The notes beneath the pieces are model-generated. The model was not told where the DNA came from, did no database searches, and was given only the letters and a program-made list of their open reading frames with translations. 64,000 bases of DNA from the human T2T-CHM13v2.0 reference genome, Homo sapiens, in assembly GCF_009914755.1 (NCBI RefSeq), contig NC_060929.1. The stretch is one strand, 5' to 3'. How positions within the stretch are numbered: position 1 is the stretch's first letter; every line of letters starts with the position of its first letter. Positions 1-15,800 of this stretch are shown here, one piece after another. The position numbers and the translations under genes are program-made.

Positions 1-355
1 TGCATATAATGCTGTTCCCTCTGTGCAACATGCTGTTCCCTACCCTGCCTGCTTAGTACCCTCTCCCCTTCAGGTCTCAGCCTAAATGTCACCTCTTTAG
101 ATGGGCTTTCCTGATCTCCATATAGGCTGTCCCCTATGTCCAAATAGCGTGTCTGTGTTAAATGGTCTCATAACACACTGTACTTTTCCTTCAAGGCATG
201 TGTCTCAATTTATAATTATACTTACGTGAATAGAACTGTTTTACATGTGACCTCTCCTTAAACTTTTAGTTCCATGAGGGCAGAGATCCTATTTTGCTCA
301 CTCTTATCCTCCTAGGGCTTAGTAGATGCTCACTAAACATTTGTGAGCAAATGAG
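1..355 (+). mobile_element. L2 LINE 3' fragment
   Basis: L2-like motifs (aaatgtcacctc, ccatgagggcagaga, tagatgctcactaaacatttg). Confidence 0.65.
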
Positions 356-1688
356 TTCTCCACTTTCCCCACCAACACCAACATCCCCCAGAGTGATAGA
401 TTCTAATGCATTTAGTATTTACAACTGGATGAAGCCTTTTCTCCCCATCTCTGACCCTCACAACCACTTCCTTGGCACTAATCAGACTCCCTGCTTCACA
501 GACGGAAGGGATTTATTTTCCCTTTGGATCTGCCATAACTCAGGTTCAGGGAAGGCTGTGATCTGCCCTCACTGCAGCTACCTAGCCCCAGGCCCAGGGA
601 GCCAGGGCTGCTGTTTTTAGAGCACCTGAGTAACTTCAAGTTCTCGAGAGTCATCTATAAAAAGTCTTAGTCTTCAACCCTTTATTCTGTGGACAAGGTG
701 AAAAGAGTGGTGCCTCTGCAGACTGCCTCCCTCCTTAGCACACACTCTGCCTTTTGTTCCTTCTCCCTGCTTATGATGTCTTGTTAGCACTGAAATGAAT
801 GGATCTTTCACCAGGGAAAATGGGGGAGGTTGGAAACATCAAAACCGGTAATGCTTTTTATCAGGTAGGAGCCAGAGGAGGAGGGAGGCGTGTGAGCAAA
901 GCGTGTCTCAGGCTGTGAACTGTCGCTGGGCGCTGGCACCCTTGGCCTTTTAGAGTCGCCACTCTGTAGGATAAGACAGACGTGCAGAGAGGCCAGAGGT
1001 TTCTGCGTGGCTCCCTCTGGTCTCGCTCCTTGCTTCTTTCCCCTTTCTCCTTCTTGACATATGCAGCTCAGACTCTTCCTCACTTGGCCCTTCCTCATCA
1101 GTATTGGCTTTCAGCTCTCCTGGCCCGACATCCTGTGGACGCTGCAGTTCAGACAAATAGCAAGATCATCAAAGAGAGGCGCATGAATGAAAAACTGCTT
1201 TATGACATGCCTTCAAAGTGTCTTTTTAGAAGTTCAAAGGATGTGGAGAGGAGGCAGGGGAATCAAAGAAGATGGGGGAGAGCAATGAACTCTCCAAGGA
1301 ATCATTAGGTTTTTCATTGTATATTTTCTATGACGCTTGTGATGTAAAAATCAAAAGTATTCCCAGCCCTGAAGGGTTCTCAGTGAATAGATCTGATGCA
1401 AAGAAGGAAACAACACACCTTGCTGTGGAAGGCTCTACCCTGGCATTCTGAGTCCCCCATTTTGTATCTGCAGTTCCTGTTTGGACCTCATTCGAATACT
1501 TTGATCAGGGAAGACTGTCCAGAGATGGAGATTGAATGCTGTTTATGTGGTTCGATGCAAATGAATAATTTAGTCTGTGCAGATATTCCCCATTACCTCT
1601 TCCATTTAAAGACGAGCTAGGGTCCGGCTGTAGCGACGGATATGCAGAGCTTAGAAAAGATCTGGCATAGATCATACAATTCAGAGAC

Positions 1689-1992
1689 TTTTTTTTTTTT
1701 TTTTTTTTGAGATGGAGTCTCACTCTGTCACCCGGGCTGGAGTGCAGTGCTGTGATCTTGGCTCACTGCAATCTCTGCCTCCCGGGTTCAAGTGATTCTC
1801 TCCTGCCTCAGCCTCCTGAGTAGCTGGGATTGCAGGTGTGCGCCACCACGCCCAGCTAATTTTTGTATTTTTGGTAGAGACAGGGTTTCACCATGTTGGC
1901 CAGGCTGGTCTTGAACTCCTGACCTCAGGTGATCAACCTGCCTCAGCCTCCCACAGTGCTGGGATCACAGGCATGAGCCACCACACCCAGGC
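1689..1992 (-). mobile_element. AluS
   Basis: Poly(T) followed by full antisense Alu; TSD-like cagagactt. Confidence 0.95.
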
Positions 1993-2414
1993 TGATCCCA
2001 GAGACTTCTTTTCTGACACACAGGAGAACCAAGATTTGGCTTGTGGCTGGAGTTGGTCCTGATTGATATGCTGGTGGGAATATCATTGATATTTTCATGC
2101 AGGAATGCCTTATGCCCAATCCACCCAGAAGGTTTTGGCAGCTAACACAGTGCCTGGCACATAGAGGGTGCTTGAATGAAATGAATGAATGACCAAACAA
2201 ATGAACAACTTCATTTTTGTAACACTAGAGTAGACTCTTTCTTGGGGATTCTCCTTGGGCCAGTCAGGCCCAGAATACAAGGATATGAGATGAGATCTGA
2301 ATGACTGCATTAGTTAAATCTGCAAGGGATTTCAAGGCAAGGGACGTATACACCAACTCAAACTGGGTTGAGGCTGAAGGAATTTTGCTGGAATACTATT
2401 ATTGAAAATGCCAG

Positions 2415-2655
2415 CCTAGTATTTGATAGCATGCTAGGGTGACCATAGTCAATAATAATTTAATGGCATAATTCATTTGAAAATAACTAAAATTATACAA
2501 TTGGATTGTTTGTAACAAAGGAAAATGCTTGAGGAGGTGGATACCCCATTTTCCATGATGTGATTATTGCACATTGCATGCCTGTATCAAAACATCACAT
2601 GTACTCCATAAGTATATACACTTACTATGTACCCACAAAAATTTTTTGAAAAAGA
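2415..2655 (+). mobile_element. L1MA 3' end
   Basis: ttccatgatgtgattattgcacattgcatgcctgtatcaaaacatc...tactatgtacccacaaaaa is a typical L1MA 3' terminus. Confidence 0.85.
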
Positions 2656-2842
2656 AAACTCCAGGGGTAGACTTGACCTCTGCCTCGGCTGGTTTAAGGG
2701 GCTCCAGTGATTCCTGAGGGCTCTGTCTTACTCTCTGCATCTCTCCACTCTGCTTCTCTGTGCTTTAGCTCTCTGTTTTCAGGTAGACTCTCCTCTGGGG
2801 GTGCCAAGGCAAAGGAAGTATTTGATGGTTAAGAACACAGCC

Positions 2843-3183
<341 letters not shown>

Positions 3184-3279
3184 TTAAATTCCCAGTCTGT
3201 CACTTGCTAGCTGTACAAACTTAAGTCAACATTTCTGTGTCTCACTGTCCTGGTATGTACCTTAGAAATGATGATAGTC

Positions 3280-3540
3280 ATAGCTAAATTTTATTGAGCA
3301 TTTGCTGGGTGCCTGATGGTCTTCCAAGTGCTTTACATATAAGACCTTACTAACCTTCACAACAACCCATGGAGTAGGTACTATTATTAGCCCCATTTCA
3401 TAGATGAAGTAAACTGAGGCACAAAATGTTTAAATATTGCCTGTTACACAGCTAGTACCTATGGAGCGAGAGTTTAAACCCAGGCAATCTGATTCCAGAG
3501 CCAGTACTATTGACCTCCAAACTATGCCACCTCATGTAAT
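3280..3540 (-). mobile_element. MIR, nested in a second MIR (~3150-3640)
   Basis: MIR core cccatttcatagatgaagtaaactgaggcaca. Confidence 0.8.
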
Positions 3541-3929
3541 AGAACTTACAACTTTTGGAGTTGATGTGGGAATTAAATGAGATAATGTTGATATATATAA
3601 AGACACTTGAGGCAGTTCTTAGCACATGAGGTGTATTCAAACTCATCAAGAGAAAAAAAGCTGCCAGTAACTTCTGACCTATATTCTGTGCTCTCAGTAA
3701 CATGAGCAGAGAAAAGCAATTCTTCCTAAGAGATCCTCAGAATTCTCGGAACTGGGTCTTGTTGACTCTCTTTGGGTCCCATATCTGTTGCTGAACCAGT
3801 CATTACGGCTAACAGATGTCAGTGTTCCACTGAGCCAGGCTGGTTCATGGGCCCACCCTGAAGCTGAGGGTAGTGTTGGCACCACCTGAGCCACCTCAAC
3901 TAAAAAGTGAAGGAGGGTTGTTTCTTTGG

Positions 3930-3960
<31 letters not shown>

Positions 3961-4176
3961 GGTAGCATTACTAGAGGTAGAGAAACAAGAAGTCCTCTAT
4001 ATCATGCATTGACACTAGCAAAAGAGGCTGTCTGGATTTCTTGGGGAAAAGACACATTGTAGCTGATGAACTGAACAGAGAGGGTGGCCAGAGGCCCTTC
4101 CACTAAGTCCTGTTGAATCCTCCAGCATAGAGTAGGGAGGAAAGAGGGTTGGAGGGGTTTGGCAAGAATCACCATC

Positions 4177-4446
4177 TTTTTATTTATTTTTATTTTTTTA
4201 AATTTTAAGTTCCAGGATACTTGTGCAGGACATGCAGATTTGTTATATAGGTAAATGTGTGCCATGGTAGTTTGCTGCACCTATCAACCCATCACTTAGG
4301 TATTTAGCCCCCCATGCATTACCTATTTATCCTGATACTGCCCCCTCTGCCCCCGCTCCCACCACAGGCCCCAGGGTGTGTTTTTTCCCTCCCTGTGTCC
4401 GTGTGTTCTCATTGTTCAGCTCCCACTTATAAGTGAGAACATGTGG
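4177..4446 (-). mobile_element. L1PA (older primate subfamily) 5'-truncated 3' end
   Basis: L1PA 3' UTR sequence; 16-bp TSD aagaatcaccatcttt (4164-4179) / aagaagcaccatcttt (4447-4462). Confidence 0.9.
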
Positions 4447-5108
4447 AAGAAGCACCATCTTTAAGGCTCAACCTGCTATGTCACTAGGGGCAGCATTCAG
4501 AGAGGTCGTCAGGAAGTCCATGGTCAGTTCATTGAATCTGCAGGAGGGTAAATAGGACATAATTACCCAAATGGCATGTGGGCAGGCCCCAGGCCATCCT
4601 GCAAGAAGTGCTGGGTAAGCATCTGCAACCACTAATGATGCCCCTCAAGGCCCTGGTGCTGCTCAGAGGTGGCGCCGCCAGCCCTGAAGCCCCTATTCCC
4701 ATGCTCCTGGGTGAGTCAGGCTGTGTTGAAGGAGGGCCCCACCTGATTCACCAGTCCCACTTCCTTTACTTCCTGGTGGTCCCCACCCACACAGCCACCA
4801 CACCCAGAGCAGCACTGACCAGTAGGACCAAAATTAGCTTCTGAGGCATAATGGGAAAACTTGGTCCAAGATCGGGTGGGCGATGGGTAAATTACAAAGG
4901 GACCCCGGGTTAAAGATATCAGCTCACCAGTTTCCACTTAAATCCCTACCACCTTCCACTTACTGGGGCCATTTGTTGCTGGAGTAGGCATAAGGAGACA
5001 TTTCCTTTAGTGCCAAGTTTAAGCAGCTAACTCCTGTCAAGCATCTAAGGGTTAGTTCAGAAATGAGAGTGTACAATGGCACCAGCACCATAAAAATAAC
5101 TGGATGGT

Positions 5109-5537
5109 TGTATTAATCTGTTCTTGGATTGCTATAAAGAACTACCCGAGACTTAATTTATAAAGAAAACTACCTGAGACTTAATTTATAAAGAAAACTA
5201 CCTGAGACTTAATTTATAAAGAAAAGAAGTTTAATTGCCTTACGGTTCCACAGGCTCTATAGGAAGCATGGCTAGGGAGGCCTCAGGAAACTTACAGTCA
5301 TGGTGGAAGGCAAAGGGGAAGCAGGCATGTCTGTCCTACATGGCTGGTGCAGGAGGAAGAGAAGGGAGAGGTGCTACACATTTTTAAACAACCAAATCTC
5401 ATGAGAACTCACTATCACAAGAACAAGGGAAAAATCCACCCCCGTGATCCAGTCACTTCCTACCAGGCCCCTCCTCCAACACTGGGGATTACAATTTGAC
5501 CTGAGATTTGGGTGGAGACACAAATCCAAACCATATC
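5109..5537 (-). mobile_element. MSTA solo LTR (ERVL-MaLR)
   Basis: tgtatta...ccaaaccatatca termini; TSD atggt/atagt; internal 28-bp triplication. Confidence 0.88.
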
Positions 5538-5754
5538 AATAGTAGAGACTCAGCTGCTGTTTCACAACTACTTGTTTACTAGTGTGTGTGTTGGGAGTGA
5601 GGGTTCTAGTCGTTCCGGATATTATTTCTCAGGCTCATTTTTCTAAAGATGACTTCTACTTTACCCTGCCTTATCACATTCCATTCACTGATGACCTTGC
5701 TTAGTAATCAGTAAAAAATGAGACCAGCAACATCACAGCTTTCTCTCTCTCAGT

Positions 5755-6114
5755 TCTTCACTGAGACCCCAGAACCAACTCCTCCTGCAAACTCTGGGAA
5801 CTTCATCCACAATATTTCCTTCTCTCTCCCTCCTGTTTCATCAGTCTGTGTTTTCTAACTCCTTCCTCTAAATCTATACTAAAATGACCCATCCTAAAAA
5901 TAATCACCTTCCCACAACTTTCCACTCTCCTTGTAACTATCCGTACCCTTCCTCTCTACCAAATGTCTTTTTTTGTTGTTGTTTTAAGCGAAAGCATGTT
6001 TATTAGGAAAGCAAAGAAATAAAGAATGGCTACTCCATATGCAGAGCAGCAACTTGGGCTGCTGGACTAATGGTGCTTATAATTATTTCTTGATTTTTAT
6101 GCTAAAAAAGGGTG
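5755..6114 (+). repeat. Inverted duplication, arm A
   Basis: Reverse complement of 8327-8683 (aligned by hand). Confidence 0.95.
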
Positions 6115-6342
6115 GATTATTCATGAGTTTTCTGGGAAAGGGGTTGGGCAATTCCTGGAACTGAGGGTTCTTCCCCTTTTAAAACCATATAGGGTAACTT
6201 CCTGACATTGCTATGGCGTTTGTAAACTGTCATGGCTCTAGTGGGAGTGTCTCTTAGCATGCTAATACATTATAATTAGCATATAATGAGCAGTGAGGAC
6301 GACCAGAGGTCACTGTTTTTGCCTCCTTGGTTTTGGTGCCCG
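5968..6342 (-). mobile_element. MER41 (MER41B-like) ERV1 LTR fragment with poly(A) tail and long TSD
   Basis: MER41 motifs (gaatggctactccata, ccatatagggtaacttcctgac, gcagtgaggacgaccagaggtcac); no TG..CA ends; flanked by ctaccaaatgtctt / ccaccaaatatctt. Confidence 0.85.
6130..6160. promoter_or_regulatory. Tandem GAS (STAT) motifs in MER41
   Basis: TTCTGGGAA 6130-6138 and TTCCTGGAA 6152-6160, both TTCN3GAA; activity untested. Confidence 0.55.
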
Positions 6343-6704
6343 CCACCAAATATCTTGAAAGACGTTTGCCTGCTATCTCCACTGCTCAACTCCAGTTACA
6401 GTCTGGTTTCTGCTTCTACCATGGCACTGAAATTGCCCTGCCAGGCTTATAGCAAGCAACTCTGAACTCTCCAGATGTTTTGAGAGTTTCATCCCTATCA
6501 GTGAAAACAAATTGAGTATGTGCCTCAACATATGAATATTTATTTATAAATTATATACATATGCTAATGTATAGATATTGTGTCTACTATGAAATATAAA
6601 CCAAAATAAATACTTTAAGAGATGATTTAATTATAGAAGTTTGAATATTTTCCCTAGTGGATTGTCTTCTGCCTGCCTCTTTGGTCTACTTACCGATTTC
6701 AGTA

Positions 6705-7410
6705 TATTTATTTTTTTATCAGCTTTATTGAGACATAATTTAATGTGGTAAAATCAATTTTAAGTATACAGTTCAACGAGTTTAGACAAATGTATAAAGT
6801 CTTATAACCACTACCCCAATCATAATATAGAACATTCCAACACCTCCAAAAGATCCCTCTTTTATTTTCAGTGAATTCCTTACCTCTTCCCCGACCCCTA
6901 GCAACCAGCAACCTGCTTTTTAATCACTATAATTTGCATTTTCTAGAATTTCATATAAATTAAATCACACAGTAAGTAGTTTTTTTGTATCTGGCGTCTT
7001 TCACTTACCATGATGCTTTTGAGATTCATTCACGCTGCTGCATGTGTGGGTAGTTTTTTCATTTTTATGGCTCAGTAATTATCTGTTGTATGAAGATGCT
7101 ATAATATGTTTACTCATTTACCTGTTGAAGGACAGGAATTTATGACTAAAGCTGCTATGAGCATTGACATATAAATATTTGTGTAGATATGCGTTTTTAT
7201 TTCTTTTAGGTAAATACCTAGGAGTGGGATTTCTAAGTCATATGGTAAGTATATGTTTAACTTTATCAGAAACTGCCAAACTGTTTTGTAAAGTGCCTGA
7301 AAAATTGCATCCTCATCTGCATCTATGAAAGTTCCATTTCCTCCCATATCCTCACCAACACTTAATATTGCCAGTCTTTTACATTTTAGCCATTGAGGGG
7401 GATATGTAGT
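6705..7410 (-). mobile_element. L1M (L1MB/MC-like) 3' fragment
   Basis: tttattgagacataatt...taaatacctaggagtggga...aactgccaaactgtttt. Confidence 0.85.
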
Positions 7411-7504
7411 GCTATATACAAAGCTGATTACTGCAGCCTTATAAGAATTTTTGAAATAATCCTTTAATTTTTTTTAAAAATCAAAATTGTTTAGACCTCT
7501 CTCC

Positions 7505-7793
7505 TTTTTTTTTTTTTTTGAGACAGAGTCTCACTCTAACACCTGGGCTGGAGTACAGTGGTATGATGTTGGCTCACTGCAACCTCTACCTCCCAGGTTC
7601 AAGTGATTCTCTTGCCTCAGCCTCCCGAGTAGCTAGGCACACACCACCACAACAAGCTAATTTTTGCGTTTTTAGTAGAGACGGGGTTTCCCCAGGTTGG
7701 CCAGGCTGGTCTCGAACTCCTGAACTCAAGTGATCCACCAGCCTCGGCCTCCCAAAGTGCTGGGATTACAGGCATGAGCCGCTGCACCCAGCC
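7505..7793 (-). mobile_element. AluS
   Basis: Antisense Alu with poly(T). Confidence 0.95.
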
Positions 7794-7949
7794 CCCTACT
7801 TTTTAATATAAATATCTAAATCTGCCATCTTGCTACTTGTTTTCTATTTGTCCCATCTGTGTTTTGTTGTTCCTTTTTTCTTTTTCTGCATTCTTTTAGA
7901 TTAAGTGCTTTAATATTATTTCTTAGCAACTTTATTGAGGAATAATTTA

Positions 7950-8325
<376 letters not shown>

Positions 8326-8326
8326 T

Positions 8327-8683
8327 CACCCCTTGTTTAGCATATAATCAATAAATATAACTATCCTTAGTCCAGCAGCCCAAGTTGCTGCTCTGCATAT
8401 GAAGTAGCCATTTTTTATTCCTTTGCTTTCCTGATAAACTGGCTTTCACTTAAAAATTAAAAAAAAAAAAGACATTTGGTGGAGAAGAAGGGTATGGATA
8501 GCTACAGGGAGAGTGGAAAGTTGAGGGAAGGTGATTATTTTTAGGATGGGTCATTTTAGTATAGGTTTAGAGGAAGGAGTGAGAAAACACAGACTGATGA
8601 AACAGGAGGGAGAGAGAAGGAAATATTGTGGATGAAGTTCCCAGAGTTTGCAGGAGGAGTTGGTTCTGGGGTCTCAGTGAAGA
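8327..8683 (-). repeat. Inverted duplication, arm B
   Basis: Reverse complement of 5755-6114. Confidence 0.95.
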
Positions 8684-8732
8684 TTTAAAAAGTAATGGCA
8701 AAAACCATGATTACTTTTGCACCAACCAAATA
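8684..8732. mobile_element. MADE1 (Hsmar1 MITE), one TIR plus spacer only
   Basis: ttaaaaagtaatggcaaaaaccatgattacttttgcaccaaccaaata matches half of the MADE1 palindrome. Confidence 0.85.
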
Positions 8733-9078
8733 TATAAATCATTATATATTTATAATGTGTGTATAAATGCAGATGTGCTGTTCATTATATATTTATAATG
8801 ATTTATATATAAATAATTAAATTACACACTTCATGATTTTTAGTAAATTTACAAAATTGTGCGACGATCACAATCATCCAGTTTTAGAATATTTCTGTCA
8901 CCCCAAAATGATCCCTCATGCCCATTTGTAGTCAATATGATTATATTTTATCTCCTTTATTGGTTTAATTAGCTATACCTCGTTTTTTGTTTTAGAGGTT
9001 CTTTTGAGGTTTACAGTGTACATCCTGAACTTGGTGTAGTCTGTCTTCAAGTAATATGTCATTTAACGTTTGTCATAA

Positions 9079-9512
<434 letters not shown>

Positions 9513-10651
9513 ACCCAAGATTTTTAAAAGGGAGAAGAAAAGATATTTTATATTTGCCGACCTATTTTTCATTTCTAGCACTCTTCATTCCTTTGTGTAG
9601 ATCCAGATTTCCATTTGGTATCATAGCCTTCTGCCTGAAAGACTTCCTTTAACATTTCTAATAGTGGTGGTCTGTTGGTGATGAATTCTTCCTATGTTTA
9701 AAATGTCTTATTTCACTTCTGGTTTTAAAAAATACTTTTGCTGGGTCTAGGTTAACCTTTTTTTTTTTTTTTTTCCTTTCAGTACTTTAAAGATACCACT
9801 GTCTTCTGAGTTGTATTGGTTATGACAAGGAGTCTACTGTCAATCTTTATTTCTCTTTGTTTTTTTTTCTACTTTAAAAATTTTCTCTTTATCACTAGTT
9901 ATAAGCAATGTGATTATCATATGCCTTGGTGTAGTCTTCTTTATGTTTCTTCTGTTTGAGATTTGTTAAGCTTATTGCACCTGTGGGTTTCTAGTTTTCC
10001 TTAAATTTGGAAGAATTTTGGCTATTACTTCTTCAGATATATTTCTTGCCCCTTATTCCTGTCCTGTTTCTCATGCTCCAATTATATTAGCCTGCTTGAC
10101 GTTGTCCCACAGCTCACAGATGTGCTGTTCATTTTTTTTAGTTTTTTTGGTCAGTGTTTTTACTGACAGATGATTTCAATTCATTAACCTTTTTTTTTCT
10201 GCAGTATCTAATGTCTTAATCTCATCCAGTTTATTTTACATCTCAGACATTCTATTTTTCATCTCTGGAAGTTTGATTCATAACCTTTTTTTGCCTTCCA
10301 TGTCTCTCCTTAACACGCTCATGCTTTCCTTTAATTTTCTTGAACGTACATAATTAGAATGCTGTTTTAATGTTTTCATATACTAATTGTGTCATCTGTG
10401 GCATCTCGGGGTCTATTCCTCAATAGGGGGTATGTTTTCCTACTTTTTGCATGCCTGTCAACTTTTGATTGGATGCTAAATATTGTGAAGTCTACATTGT
10501 GGAGTGCTGGGGTGCTTTGCATTTCCATAAACATTGTTGGACTTTGTTCTGGGATGCAGCGGGATACAGCTGTGTTGCTTGGAATTAATCTGATCTTTGA
10601 GTCTAGCTTTTCAGCTTTGTGAGGGTGAGTCTAGAACAGAACTTAGTCCAA

Positions 10652-10862
10652 GTCTGGAGCTGACAAACTATGGCCCACAGACAAGCTGCCAGTATTGGTA
10701 AATAAGATTTTATTGGAACACAGCTGCACCCATTTGTTTGCCTATTGTCTAGGGCTGCTTTTATACTTCAGCAGCAGAATTGGGTTGCTGCAGCAGCAGT
10801 GGCTGTTATGAACCATAAGCCTAAAAAAATTTGTATCTGGTCCTTTAAGAAAAAGGTTGCCT
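10652..10862. mobile_element. MER58A (hAT-Charlie)
   Basis: aaactatggccca...taaataagattttattggaacacagc...tatctggtccttta. Confidence 0.75.
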
Positions 10863-11169
<307 letters not shown>

Positions 11170-11689
11170 TCATCTAAGGTAACTTGGGCTCAATATTGAA
11201 GAAGTGTTCTCCTGAGGACTCTACTTGATGCTCCGTGTATTAGAAGGTCTTTCCCCTTTGATTGGTTGGAACATGAACTACTCTTGGCCATGTCTTAGCT
11301 TTGGGGATTATTCCACCTACTTTATTCCTCCCTGCACTATGGCCTGGAAACTCTATCCAGACAGTGAGCTGGGGCGCTCTCAGGGCTCACCTAATTTGTT
11401 TTCTTTTCTCAGGGGATCATTTGTCTTGTGCTTTGTCTAAAAACTTGTCCAATGTCTAAAAACTGTTGTTTCATAAATTGCGTGTGCTTTTCTAGTGATT
11501 TAAGGTAGGAGAATAAATCACCCTCTGTTATTCCATTATGGCTGAAAGCTAACATTCCTCACCTTTTTTTTTTTTTTTTTAACTTTTTGTCCTCTTCTGA
11601 TTACAAAAGTGGTATGTGTTCCTAACCTACTGGCTTCTCTGCCACAGTGGATCTGATTGGCCACCCCAGCTTTTTGCAGTTACTCCACA

Positions 11690-11978
<289 letters not shown>

Positions 11979-12284
11979 TACTTTTATGATATCTCTTCCA
12001 TCTGCAATCTCTTTATTTTATCTGTTCTTTGTTGGTTTTGTCCTTTTTATCTGCCTTAAATATTAGGATATCAGGTAGTAATAATCCCAGTTTCTCACCA
12101 TTCCTCCATTCTCCTATAGCTTCAACCTCCATGTGGATGGGGATCCCTAGGGATTTAAAGTATACTTTTCAGTTGTTCAGTCCTAAATTGAAATCTCGGT
12201 TGTACTATTTGTTATGACATGGGCAGACTCAGGTTTTCTGGAGTTGAGAATAATCTAACATTTTTGTGCTCTTAATACATACCT

Positions 12285-12612
<328 letters not shown>

Positions 12613-12776
12613 CTATACATCACACATATCTCTAATCCTCCACAGCAACTCTGTGAGGGAGGTACTTTTGTTGTTCCTAGTTTATAATGGAGAAAACTGA
12701 GATTCAAATAAGTTAGGTTACGTGGCTCAGGTGGACAAGCTAGAATTTGGACCCAGGATTTTCTGATGAGACCGGG

Positions 12777-12891
12777 CTGACCAGCTGTCCTTTCTCCCTA
12801 AGATCTTCTTGATCTGATCTTCTGTCTTGGCACTGAAAAGTCCTGCTTGCTGGGAAACCCCTCAGTCCTGGAAAAACTGGGGTAGTTCACC
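12777..12891. mobile_element. MER81-like hAT MITE
   Basis: gcactgaaaagtcc...gggaaacccctcagtcctgg. Confidence 0.55.
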
Positions 12892-13117
12892 AGCGCAGTA
12901 AATTGCCCTGTTCTGCCGGGATCGCTTCCCTATATCCACTTCATACTTTGTACAATTTAAACTCTAAATGCATGTTGAGCAGTTTGTATGGTGCCTGACA
13001 CACAGTAAACGCTTAAAAGTGCAAGCTGTTATTACTGTTCCTGTTTCTAACCCTTCTGAATATAAGTGGTGAACATTTGTTAGTCTTTCTGATGACCCAA
13101 TATCTGAACATTATTCT

Positions 13118-13554
13118 ATGTGTTGGGAATCTTGCACCTTATGGGACTGAACGCACTTCCCACTCCAGAGTAATCCTTCCCATGCTGGCAGCGAGAATGC
13201 AGGCATGTGGCTCAGGCCCCACCTGTCAGAAGCCCGTGCTCCGATCCCGATTAGAATCGGGGCCCACAGAGATCTCTCCTGGTGAGGATGACAGTGGCAG
13301 GATTCTGGAAGCAGAGCCCAAGCCAGGGCTGTGAGCTAGAGTCAGTTTCCAGCGGTATCAACAAGGGGCTCCTCACTGGCTGAGGTCCGGAATGAATTCG
13401 ATGTTTGCTCCTGGCTGTAAAGGGGCCAACCTTGGTTCTCTGGCTGTTCTGGAAATTACAAGAATTGCCAGATATCCTCTAGTAATTTCCTCTTGTGCTT
13501 GAATTAGCCTGAGTTGCTTTCATTTCTCTACAACCAAGTGCACTGATGGATACA
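13118..13554 (+). mobile_element. LTR16-like ERVL LTR
   Basis: tg start; 3' end tgcttgaattagcctgagttg...caaccaag...gataca. Confidence 0.5.
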
Positions 13555-13987
13555 TATACCATCTGGATATTGTGGGCACTTCAAACTTAATGCATCCCAA
13601 ATAGAATTCATTGCCTTTCCTCAGAGACTGCCATCTCTCGTATTCTTGGTCACAAGCACAGGTCCTCAGCATTTGCTGGATTTGTGAAATTAAAAACTAT
13701 AGTCACCTTCAACTCCTCCTTCCTAAACCTCCAGCTCTCAGCATTTATCAAGAAAGGGTCGACCCCTTCTGGGTTTCCCTCTCTGTCTTCTCTGCTGTTG
13801 CTTTCACCCAGGCCCTCTTGCCTTGAACGTGGCACAGCCTCGGATCTGGTCATCTTTTTGCCATTCTCCTGCAGAGATGAAGAGCAGGAAACAGAGAAGG
13901 TCCAGCGTCACTTGTGAGGGCCAAAGATGAGGACAAAATAGAAAAGAAAAGGAGGTGGATGAGGGTGGATTCAAACTGGAGAAATTA

Positions 13988-15203
<1,216 letters not shown>

Positions 15204-15300
15204 GTACTGGTGCTCATATTCAGCCCTTTGTTCCTTAATATGCTTGATTTGGAAAAGGGGAAGTGGTTCATCGCACCCTCAAGTTAACACTTCTGAGAAA

Positions 15301-15776
15301 TGTATCAGTCAGAAGTCAAGCAGAGAAGCAACACCAGTAGGAGATACATGTTTTAATAAACGTATGACAAGGAATTGGCTTACATAATTGTGGGGCTTGG
15401 CTAAGTAAGCCTGAAACCCACAGGGCATACTATCAGGAAGGAAGAATCACATGGGCATTGCTGAAGCTTGTCCACAGGCAGCCAAATAGGGAAAATCCAG
15501 TGAAGGAAAAGCAATTGTGGATCCACCTGCTGTTGGAATCTCTTTTACCAGGAAAAGCTCAATCCCTTTTAATGGCTCACCTGATTGAGTTGGGCCCATC
15601 GAATATCATCTCCCTAGATTAGAGTCAACTGATTAGGGCCTTTAATCACATCTATAAAATCCCTTCACAGCAGCACCTAGGTTAGGGTTTGATTGAATAA
15701 CTAGGAGAAGGTGTGTGTCACAAAAAGGTTGATGCCCATGTATTTAGCCACATAGACACATCTAAAGATCATTGCA
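15301..15776 (-). mobile_element. MLT2 (D/F-like) ERVL LTR
   Basis: tgtatcagtcag...aagaattggcttac-like, agtcaactgatt...taatcacatcta, cccttcacagca. Confidence 0.65.
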
Positions 15777-15800
15777 ATGATGTATCAAATGTAGATTTTA

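Noticed and set aside
3933-3960. 28-nt poly(A) as the tail of a processed pseudogene
   Set aside because: No upstream mRNA-like sequence or TSD; it sits inside an LTR33-like remnant.
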